Source of the DNA: Heteronotia binoei | Taxonomy: Eukaryota | Direction: 5' to 3' | Length of the DNA stretch: 64,000 nt | Assembly (NCBI RefSeq): GCF_032191835.1 | Contig: NC_083233.1 | Span: 34,720,001-34,784,000 of the forward strand | Shown: piece by piece, positions 1 to 10,600 of the stretch | Numbering within the stretch: position 1 is the stretch's first letter | How the letters are laid out: each line of letters starts with the position of its first letter | Program-made: the position numbers and the translations under genes | Notes under the pieces: generated by a model | What the model saw: only the letters and a program-made list of their open reading frames with translations | Database searches by the model: none | Told to the model about the DNA's origin: nothing

Positions 1-32
1 CAGGGGCCTCAATGTGGTACAATACCCTAGAG

Positions 33-303
33 CAGAGGTGGCCAAACTTGCTTAACATAAGAACCGCATAGAATAAAGGTCAGATGTTTGAGAGCAGGCA
101 GGAAGGAAGGAATATGGGGAGAGAGTGGTGGAAAGAAAGCAACTTTAAATGCATTCTCTAAGCTGCCAGGTGGCTTGGCGAAGTGATTTAAAGAGACAAA
201 TGCCTTCACCAAGCTGCACGGAGGGGGGGGGGTGCTTTGAGAGTCACACAATATGTGCAAAAGTGCCACATGTGGCTCCCGAGCCACAGTTTGGCCACCC
301 CTG
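33..303. mobile_element. hAT-type MITE (family A)
   Basis: TIRs CAGAGGTGGCCAAAC / GTTTGGCCACCCCTG; perfect 8-bp TSD CCCTAGAG (25-32, 304-311). Confidence 0.88.
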
Positions 304-890
304 CCCTAGAGTGCACCCTCCAAAGCATCCATTGTCTCAAGAGGAACTCTCCGTAGTCTTCAGATCAGCTATAATTCTGGGGGGTCCCCAGGTTCCATGA
401 GGAGGCTAGCATCTCTATGGGAGATCCAGGTTCAAATCCTCACTTCATCAAAAATCTCAGTGGGTAAGCCAGGGCCTATCACACTCTCTCTCAAACCTGT
501 GTGTTGGGAAATACCTGAAAATTTGGGGGTGGAGTCTGGAAAGGGCTGGTTTGGGGAGGGGAAGGACCTCAGCAGAGTAAGAGGGCACGGAATTTGCCCT
601 TCAGAACAGCCGTTTTCTCCAGGCGAATTGATCTCTGTCGTCTGGAGATCAGCTGTCATTCCGGGAGATGTCCAGGCCACACCTGGAAGGTTACTAACTC
701 TACTCAAAACCCGCACAGGATTGTTGAGGCGATAATGTGGGGTAAAGGAGAACAAGGAGCGCCGCCCTGAGTTCACTGGAGAAGGGAGGGGATAAAAGTG
801 TGCAACAGAGAAAAAGCAAGACCCAGCTAGAGAGTAAAACGGGAGCTCTCTCGCCGCCAGATCTCACCACGGCCGACTAGCCAGACATAC

Positions 891-992
891 CTTTCCTCCG
901 TTCGTGTATCTCTGGATCCAGTAGGTGCTGATCCCAGGGATAGTCAAGCACACATACATGATAGTCAAGGAAGGCAGGATCTCATACCACAT
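891..992 (-). CDS. NDUFA1: NADH dehydrogenase 1 alpha subcomplex subunit 1 (MWFE), coding exon 1; later exons lie upstream of position 1
   Basis: ATG at 992 reads [34 protein letters not shown] (34 codons), matching the known MWFEILPGL...TNGGK N-terminus. It is followed by the donor AAG|GTATGT at 890. Confidence 0.96.
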
Positions 993-1463
993 CGCAGCGG
1001 CACCTGCGCACTCCTCCAATGCGACCACCTTTTTTCTCTCTGTCCTCAACACACACAGTAATCACTACGCATGCGCGAAAATATCTCCCCGACCGCCAGG
1101 CCTTTCCCAGAATGCGTAGCGCACTACGGTAGTAGTCGGCGGTTTTGCTATGGATCCAGTAGGTGCTGAGACCAGGGAAGCGAATAAAACAAGTCGGCTA
1201 GATCCGTGAGTGGCTAGGGCATGCCGGGAACGAGGAGGTCTCTGGAGCATGCTGGGAGCTGCAGTCCCTCCCGGGGTATGTCGGGAAGAGGAATCTCCAT
1301 GACAACAATGAGGCCTGGCGTGGCGGTGCGTCCCTGTGCCGCTGGAGGAGGTGTTGCTTTGGGGGCGGCTCTTTTTTCGCTACTCGCGCGAGAGGAGGGA
1401 TGGCCAATGCGTGCCCCAGTCAGAGCTGAGGCGGACGGAGGACGAAGGCCGGTTTGTTCTGCG

Positions 1464-1622
1464 ATGAAGGAGGATAAGGAGAATGCCAGGCCGAAGGAGA
1501 AGCGAGGCGGGCCTCTCACCCCGACGGGGCTAGGAGTTGCCATGGCCGGAGCGGACGCCAAAGGGGGCGGTGAGCCTGATAAGCTCGAGCGGCCTAAAGA
1601 AAAGAAAGAGACGCTCAGCAAG
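1464..1622 (+). CDS. UPF3B: UPF3B coding exon 1
   Basis: MKEDKENARPKEKR...KEKKETLSK; donor AAG|GTGCGG. Confidence 0.93.
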
Positions 1623-4600
1623 GTGCGGTCCTGCCTGCGCTCAGAGGGGCTGCCCCAGGTGGATGCAGTCGGGCGGTGGAGCTGTTCAGTGGACTCTGCT
1701 TATCCGGGCTGCGTTGTAGTTAGACTGTTTCTATGTCTGTAGAAAACTAGCACGTCAAGATGGACTCATCTCCTCGACGTGCAAGTTTTCTGGCTCTGAG
1801 GATTTTTGTTGCTGTTGGCGGGAGAGTAGACAAGCATACGAATTCCTGTGGCGCCTTCCGTACATTCAGTTGCTAAAACAGGGGTGGCCACACTTGCTTA
1901 ATATAAAGGCCATACAGAATAAATGTCAGAGGTCTGGGAGCCACAAGACAAGCGTTTCAGATGCTTGAGAATTCCAAGACAAGGAAGGAAGGAAGGAAAA
2001 TAGATTGGGAGAGGGGAGGGAAAAGAGGAAAGAAAGCAACTTTAACGTTAAATATAGTGATTTAAAGAGAGAAATGCCTTCTACAAGCCAGCCGACCAGG
2101 CTGTGGGGGCTTCAAGAGACACATGTGGCTCCCGAGCCAGTTTGGCCACTCCTGTGCTATAATGTGGAGCTTTTCCTGAACTGTATTGTTTTTAGCTGCC
2201 CTGGAATGGTGGGTTTTCATATTTGACTAGTTGCATGTAGAAAGATAGCAAGGAGAATGCTAGGCCAAGCCTAACAAGGTAGTTTTCCACGTGCAGGAAA
2301 ACGGTGGACAATATATTAAATTTTTCCCTGCCTTAAGCATCTGATTTTGTTGATCTAGCTTACAGGCAGCTGCTGGAGCTGTCCCTTGACATTACTCTTT
2401 CAGGGTGAGTTAAAATATGTTTCCATTTTTGACGAATTGTGTGTTAGCAACCAGCACACCAAGTAGGAAAGGTAGGATGAACCCCTTTCCCTGGCATGGC
2501 TGTTTTTCACTAGAACAAATCAGGAGTCAAGTTGTACCTTTAAGACCAACAAAGTTTTATTCAGAATGTAAGCGTTTGTGTGCTAGAAGCACACTTCATC
2601 AGACCTTCTAGCACACAAAAGCTTACATTCTAAATAAAATTTCATTGGTCTTAAAGGTGCACCTTGACTCCTGATTTGTTCTACTTCAGACCAACATGGC
2701 TGCCCACTTGGATCTGTTTTCCAGTAGAACTGTGTGTACTACATTGAGGACATATAAACTCCCTATTGGCATCGTTAGTAAGCTTGAAGTTGTGTGATCA
2801 AAGTCAAATTTTGATTGATTTTGTTGACTTTGTATACCGGCCTCAAGTTGTGCCCCTTTCCTCTGTTAGGCTTTTGGAGAGGTGAGGTCACAAATGAGCT
2901 GTCTTTGCCTTTGGTGGTCACTACTGCAAGGTACTAAAGTGGCACACACTGGGCTCTGTAATAACAAAATACAATCATAGAGCCCTTTTGTGTATATCTG
3001 CTTTCTAGTTGTTGTACAAAACCATTTATAAATGATCATTCTCAGTCTATCATCAGTGTGTTTTAGTTGGGAGAATATGGTCTGAGAAAGTTTTCTACCC
3101 ACATTTAAGTTCTTAATTTCCACCTGTGGTGTGCTTTTGGTAGCACTATAGATTTCTAAAAAGTTAGAAGTTGCCACCAAGAACCTGTACCAATTTTAAT
3201 CCTCTCAGTAATTCCTTCTGATTGTTCCAGAATTCAAATATATTAGATCAATAGCAGCTCAATGATTTGATTTTTGGTTGTCACACCATCTATTTGAATC
3301 AGCTTCCCAGAAGTGTTCAGGAAGATACCCTTCCCCATTAAAGTATGTAAAGCAATATTGGTCAACAGTATATTTGGTGGGGATTGATATCCCCCCCAGT
3401 TTCTGGGGAAGAGGCATTGTAATAGTGATGCTTGGTATGTATCTTAGCTGATCTTTCTGTTTTAGTTGTGCTGTTTCTGTTCTTCGGCACACACTTTTGT
3501 ATGTTGGTTTGAGAGCCAGTTTGGTGTAGTGGTTAAGTGTGCGGACTCTTATCTAAGAGAACTGGGTTTGATTCCCCACTTTTCCACTTGCAGTTGTCCT
3601 TGAAAGGGCAGCTGCTGTGAGAGCCCTCTCAGCCCCACCTGTCTGTTGCAGGGGGAGAAGATATAGGAGATTGTAAGCCTCTCTGATTCAGAGGGAAGGG
3701 TTGGGTATAAATCTGCAGTCTTCTTCTGACAATGGAGTGAAAGGTAGAATACATATATTTTAATTAATACATACCTCAAAATTCATACATTTTGATTAGT
3801 AAATATTTAGTCCCTTTTTAAAAGAACCCTGCATGGTCATTTTAGTTTATGAGCCCTGTGGCAGAGAGTGGTAAGCTGCAGTTCTTCAGTCCAAGCTCTG
3901 CTTACGACCTGAGTTAAATCCCGGCGGAAGCTGGGTTCAGGTAGCCGGCTCAATGTTGACTCAGCCTTCCACCCTTCCAAGGTTGGTAAAATGAGTACCC
4001 AGCTTGCTGGGGGTAAAGTGTAGATGACTGGGAAAGGAAATGGCAAGGAAAGGAAAGGTCCCCTGTGCAAGCACCAGTCGTTTCTGACTCTGGGGTGACA
4101 TTGCTTTCACCTTTTCATGGCAGACTTTTTACGGAGTGGTTTGCCATTGCCTTCCCCAGTCATCTATACTTTCCCCCCAGCAAGCTGGGTACTCATTTGA
4201 CCGACCTTGGAAGGCTGAGTCAACCTCGAACTGGCTACTTGAAAACCCAGCTTCCGCCGGGGATCGGACTCGTGAGCAGAGCTTAGGACTGCCGTACTGC
4301 AGCTTTAACACTCTGCGCCACGGGGCTCACGGGGCAATGGCAAACCTCCCCATTAAAAAGTCTACCAAGAACACATTGTGATGTGACGTCACCCCATGGG
4401 TCGGTAACATCTCGGTGCTTGCGCAGGGACTACCTTTACCTTTTTTAGTTTTAGTTTGTATTACTAGCAACAAAAATATGTCTTGCTAACTTTTTCAAAG
4501 GTGATTTTGGGTATTGTCAACTAACTGGTGTAAAGATTTTAGATATTTAGTTTTAGTATTATTGAAGGGAAACACCTTATCTGATAGAAAGGACCACTGA

Positions 4601-7600
4601 ATGCGAATGGTATTTATGCAACAGGAACATTAAATATGCACTTACAAAAGTACATTAGATGCTGAAAAAGCATTAGGCTCCTATGAATAACATTTGTAAA
4701 TGAATCTGTAACCAACTGACCATGGGTTGGATCCATCACCAAACTGTAGTTTGCGCTAAAGCTCTTACTGCAAGTGGAAATGCAAGAAAAAGACAGTGGT
4801 ACCTGGTAGCACTAAGCAAGACTTACTATTTTCCCACTTGTGCAAGATTTTGGTGTAGCCTATTTCCAGGCACTAGAATATATAGGGAGAAAAGCACTAG
4901 GTGTTGCACAAGATCTTGCTTAGACAGAACTTCTCAAAGTTTATGTTAACACTTGTGCATCACTGGATTTAAGCTTATACATGGGGGATTCCCTTAAAAG
5001 ATCTATAACTTGTTTTGAGAAGTAATAAAATGTCAGAAAAAGAAGTTTGTAGAGTATACCTGGAAAGACATTTGTAAAAAATGAAACTTTTCCTCCCCTT
5101 TAAGGTAGTGATTCGACGCCTGCCTCCCAGTCTGACCAAGGAACAGCTTGAAGAACATCTCCAGCCTTTGCCTGAACATGACTACTTTGAATTCTTCGCT
5201 AATGATTCAAGGTAAAAGGAACTTAGGTCCCTTGGTTGTGCTGCATGTAGCAATGGCATGTCATGAATGTCTTTCAGTTTTACACCCGTCTGTGTTGTGT
5301 ATATATACGATCATCACTCAGCAACGTTTCCTTATACATTGCCATTTTTTGTCCTTCTGCAGTTTGTATCCACACATGTTTTCCAGAGCATACATCAACT
5401 TTAAAAACCAAGAAGACATAGTTCTATTCAGGGATCGCTTTGATGGTTATGTTTTTGTTGATCACAAAGGCAAGTAAGCCTAAAACTTGGTTCTGTCTAT
5501 CATATCTTTAATCTATTTATATCTAGACATATATTAATTGAGAAGTAATGACTGCAATTTTGGAAGCACCCATGTCTTTTAACCAAGATTGCCAAACATA
5601 ATTTACAGTCTGTGCGAGCTAACTTGTCAGTAAGTCCCACTGAGTTTCAATGAAATTTATTTGCAGGTTAGTTTAGTATTTCCGCCTAGCTGCCGCAATA
5701 GCCCTTATGTATTTTCCTAAATGTAAGTCCTATTAGCATCAGTCAGTAAGTAAGTATGTCAGGACATTCAGGGCAGGTGATCCTCTCCTTCTGCAGTTCT
5801 GAAGCTGTGACGACCTGAACCCATCCTAAAGGTTCTAGCTTGGGAGCCACTAATGCAAGATCTGTAAAAAATTGTGTTTGTTTGGTTGTGGGTGTGGTGA
5901 AGGAACAGAACTAGTGCCAGCCCTCTTGCTCAAGATCCAGAAGGGCTGTCTTAGGGGCCCCAGAATTTTTCAGTAAACATTAAGATGCATTGAAAATTTC
6001 TGATACAGAACTAAATTGCAGTGGCATGCATGCAGGACTCCAATAGCATATCATAGGATGCTGCTTCAGCATCCTCCACTTGAACAGCAGCAGTTGAGCC
6101 AGCACTACAGGATCATTCTTCTTGTATTCTTTTCTTTACCATTCTTCATATAACCAAATTTATTTTTATAAAGTAGTGCTACGGTAGTCTCTGTTGTTCA
6201 AGAAGCTCTTGTTCACTTAACTTCAACAGTTAATCCATGTTCGTCAATTCATTATAATAATTTTCCCATTTGAAAAAAAATACATAATCTGCTGTGTCAT
6301 AGTTTCATGGGCAATTCACAGGACACATTTCTTGCCTGTATGAGCAGAACTGATACGCAGTAGAATCTGGCCTGCTCGTGTGGGTAAGCAGTGTGTTGTA
6401 TGAAACTGGTCCTTGAACACATTTTATAAATTGGGGGTGGGGAGTGGGTTTCCTTGTCTTTAAAACCAATTATGATATTAAGAAATTTTTTCAATGTATG
6501 AATAGGTCTGGAGTATCCTGCCATAGTGGAATTTGCACCATTTCAGAAAGCTGCCAAAAAGAAGAGTAAGAAAAAGGATGCCAAAGCTGGGACCATTGAA
6601 GATGGTTAGTGACAATTGTTGCTTATTGTTTGTCATTACAGTGTATTGGTGGACTTTGTGAATGGACATGGCAGCTGTAATAATAGAAAAGATGATTAAA
6701 ATTTGTATGTATAATGTATCACCTGACAACTTCAGACCATACTGCCATATCATGCATACTTTTTCTTTTTGGTCATAAGCTTTCTGATCTTATGAGGCAG
6801 ACACAGTACAGAAGCAACAGCTTCTTAAGGTTATTTTCATGATTTTAGTCACAGTAATTACCCAAAGTACAATTAAAATGTGGGATGTGCTTGTTTTTTT
6901 ATTACATTGCTTGCCTTCCAATTAATCTGATGCATTTCAGAGTTAATATGCATTTAGTTTTAGGGCTTGTTGCAATGCAAGCTTCAGACCTGCATTCTTA
7001 ATAGTATCTAAAAATAGTCATTTGAAGGAAAGCTGTCTTGGGTAGATAATCATCTGACATTGCTGCTAGGACTATTAACTTGGGGGAGGGGTTGTGTTTT
7101 GCTGAACGACGTGCAAAAGTATGTGTTTATGATGTGTACACTTTTTCTTCCTCATCAGATCCAGAGTATAAGAAATTCTTAGAGACCTACAGTGCTGATG
7201 ATGAAAAGCTAACATCCACTCCTGAGACTCTACTGGAAGAAATAGAGGCAAGAAACAAAGAACTGATAGGTACAAAAAGAATTTTACCACTATGATTCCA
7301 AGTATGCTTCCTTGAGAATATTTGGTATGTTTTTGTGTACATTTTTTAAAAAACAATATATTGTTATCTCTGCTGCTTTTTCAAAGATCATATCTTCTGA
7401 GTGATTGCTTTCATTTTGACAGGAAGAAAATGTATTAAACATTGTACATCTTTGTCATGGTGCTGCTTTAGTCTAAACTCCTTGCTCCTTCATTCTAGCT
7501 GTACTTAGTGTGTAAGTGGAGTTAAATGCACCCTTACCTGCATGAAAAGGTAGACAGATATTCAGGGCAGAACAAGCAGCTAGAATGTAGCATCAACAGA

Positions 7601-10600
7601 TTTCTTGATTGTTGCAAGTTTGCTCCCTGTGTATGTGCATTCAGCAGGAAATACTTAGGAGGGAGATAGACAGACAGACAGACAGATACGTATATATTAT
7701 GTATGTGTATACACACACACGCACATATCCACTTAAATAGGAAATAACCTGGATTTGAAAATTGTATTTATGTAAAAAGAGTACCCCCACACTCAGCCAA
7801 AAGCTTGTGAGGTAGTTTACAAAAGTTTAAAAACAATACCGGTATCACAATATAAAACAAATCCACAGCATCAAATCTCAACAGAGGCCACAATATTAAA
7901 TCCCATCATATAACTGTATTTTCTTAGAGCTAAATAAATAAAATTAGAAAAAGTAGAACAAAAATCCAAGTCACTGAAAAGGTTAAAATAGACTAAAGCA
8001 GGGGTCCTCAAACCCCAGGCAGTGAACCGGTCTGGGTCTGTGTCCTGTTAGCAACCGGGCCACAGAGTGAGGCAGAGACCTTCACCTACCCCTTATTTAA
8101 AAGACCCCAGGGAGGGGCAGGGATGGGGTGTGGACTTGGGGACAGCCTGGGGCAGCAAAAACCCAGCACCCCCACCCCAACTGGTCTGTGGAAAAATTGT
8201 CTTCCACAAACCTGGTCCCTGGTGCTAAAAAGGTTGAGGATCACTGGACTAAAGCAACTACTTGCCTTTGGTATCAAAACACAAATGCCTGAGAGAGAAT
8301 TGGTTAAAATTTAGTAATCATATTTGGGGAAAGAGTTCCCAAGGTGAGCTGCCATAGTTTTTGAAGATGGTTGTATGGCGATTAGGCCCTTTTTAACTAT
8401 TGGATGGATTTGTGTTGAAGAAGTTGATTCTTCAGACACCTTGATTCCAGGCTGTCTAGGTATTTCAAGATTAAAGTCAGCACTTTGAATTGTATCTGGA
8501 AACAAACAGGCTGCCTTCAACAGGAATGGGTCATGATGCTTGTCACCTACATCAGATAGCATTCTTTCTGAAAGTATTTTAATATTATTAGGTGATTGTG
8601 GTTTCTGCATATGTTACCTGCAACAGCGTCCTTTGCAGATAAAAATGACAAGAGTGGAAGGTTTAAGTACATTCAGTGGGATTCTTTCTAGCATTACATT
8701 ACAAACTGCTTTTGAAAATTTTATCTGTTTCCATACCATCCTCTAATGTACGTGGGAAGTTACCTAATGGTTATTTTTGAAGGAAGCATGCTGGTCTGTT
8801 TGTCTATGAGCACATTTCTTTCAGAAATAATAAGTGCTGTAAAGCTCTGTCTCTACTAGTTTACTTCTGTTGTTCTAGTTTCATTAAATGACCTATCAAT
8901 ATTACCAGCTGTGGTATAGTAGGCAGACTCTTTATATACTGAACTGTACATTGACAGCCCTGGATGTAATCAGTTCACAACTGCAGTACCTGAAAGTAGA
9001 TACAACAAAAAAAAGAGTTGTAACCAGCGATTGTAATAAGCCCCAAATAGATTTTCTCAGGCAAGGTAATCTGGTTCTCAGAACAAAATATCTGAGCCCC
9101 CATTAAAGGAGCTTTCTGAAATATGCCCCAGGAAATTAGTCCGTCTGAATCTAATGTGACTTTCTCCTGAATTAACTGTGCAGACTAGTAGGATAGATCT
9201 GTGGTTTACTTTTGTGTTGGGAGATCTTAATCTAATTTTTATAGTTAGAGTGGCAATAACATTTTCTCTCTTTTCAATGCGTAGCAAAAAAGACCACTCC
9301 TCTGTTGAACTTCTTGAAGAACAAGCAGGTGAGTATTCTTCCAGAGCTAGAGAGAGAGATTCCCCTACTCTATTCTGTATATGTGTAAGCTGCATTAAAA
9401 CTTCTACAAATAATTGGAAGAGAAAGTGCTGGACTTTTCTAATCTTGTTGTAGGCTTATAGATATTTTCCACTTTGTTGGGTTAGAAGATCACCCCTTTC
9501 CTCGTTTTAATAACTCTGGCCGCTCACTTTCAGTATTGAAGGCTGGGGTAAATACAGTGCCATTAGACATTTCATTCAGTATTTTTGTGGGTTAGTAACT
9601 TTTTCTAGAAGTATATTTGCCCTTTTAAAAAATTAACCATAATTGTGTATTCAGTTCACTTGAACAGTCAGGTGCGGGGGCGGGGGGGGGGATGCACACG
9701 TGCACTTTCTTAACTCAGAGCCTGGAAGGGTTTTTGCTCTCATTTCATTTTTTCCTTCCAGAGGCTGAGAGAAGAAAAACGAGAGGAGAGGAGGAGGCGA
9801 GAACTAGAGAGAAAAAGGCAAAGGGAAGAAGAGAGGAGGAAATGGAAAGAAGAAGAAAGGAGGAAAAGGAAAGAAGCTGAAAAAACAAAGAAGGTGGAGA
9901 GATGTCCAGAGAAGGAAAGGGACAGATCCAAAGATGAACCAAAGATTAAGGTATCGTTTTATTCCTGGAGGATAAACAGTGCCTGCATGCACACATATGT
10001 AAAATGTTATGACAAGACAAATGTGTACCTTGAATGTGGCCTGGTAGTATTTGCATGCCATTGTTTCATATGTATAAATACAGTCCTTTATAATTGCCAT
10101 CCTGTGGATGTTTTCTTGAGAATAAATTCTGAGGGAGCCTACAGATTGACTGCTCTGTAATAAAACCATAGTTATGCTGTTGAGTAGCTTTGGTTTATGT
10201 CCTAACATGGAGAGTCCATGTTACTGTCTTCTCAGTATATAGCCTGGTTGAAGCCAGTACTTCAGGTGCACAGAGTGAAATGACTTCCAGTGCAATCCTG
10301 TGCAGTTACTCCAAGCTAAGCTGACTGAAATCAATGAGCTTAAGAATGGAGTCAATCAACATAGAATTGCACTTCTTCTCTCCCACTCCCCCCCACCACA
10401 AAGCTTTCAGTGTCTGCATTTGCTCACATTCATCCCTTGTTTTCCTGCCCTCTCTTAAGTTGTCTCTTCCACTGGTTGAAATCTAGGTTGCAGACTCCCG
10501 TGAGTGGAGATTTGACTTTTGCACTTGCTGATAATTTGCTGCTCTCAAAAGTGCAATGTATGTTGTTGGCACTGCAAAAGCAAACAGAACATGTCACTAA

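Larger units (their letters stand above)
840..1720. promoter_or_regulatory. CpG-rich bidirectional promoter shared by NDUFA1 and UPF3B
   Basis: Divergent ATGs at 992 (-) and 1464 (+) in CpG-rich sequence. NRF1-like ACGCATGCGC at 1067-1076; ZNF143/Staf-like TTCCCAGAATGC at 1104-1115. Confidence 0.8.

Noticed and set aside
1221-1463. 81-codon in-frame extension upstream of the UPF3B ATG
   Set aside because: The known N-terminus starts at MKE(D/E)KE (1464); the upstream part is GC-rich promoter/UTR with no similarity I recognise.
3511-3590. tRNA-like A/B-box sequences and 5S-like sequences as real tRNA or rRNA genes
   Set aside because: They are the heads of SINEs, continue into SINE bodies and do not form a complete cloverleaf or full 5S.
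9951-9960. Donor GTATCGTTTT resembling a U12 5' splice site
   Set aside because: Mismatch at +6 and no CCTTRAY branch near the acceptor at 10859; treated as U2-type.
10266-10283. CAG|GTG CAC AGA (VHR), resembling the start of the mammalian UPF3B alternative 13-aa exon
   Set aside because: Similarity ends after 3 codons, an in-frame TGA follows, the polypyrimidine tract is poor, and it abuts a palindromic repeat. Exons 7 and 8 join in frame without it.
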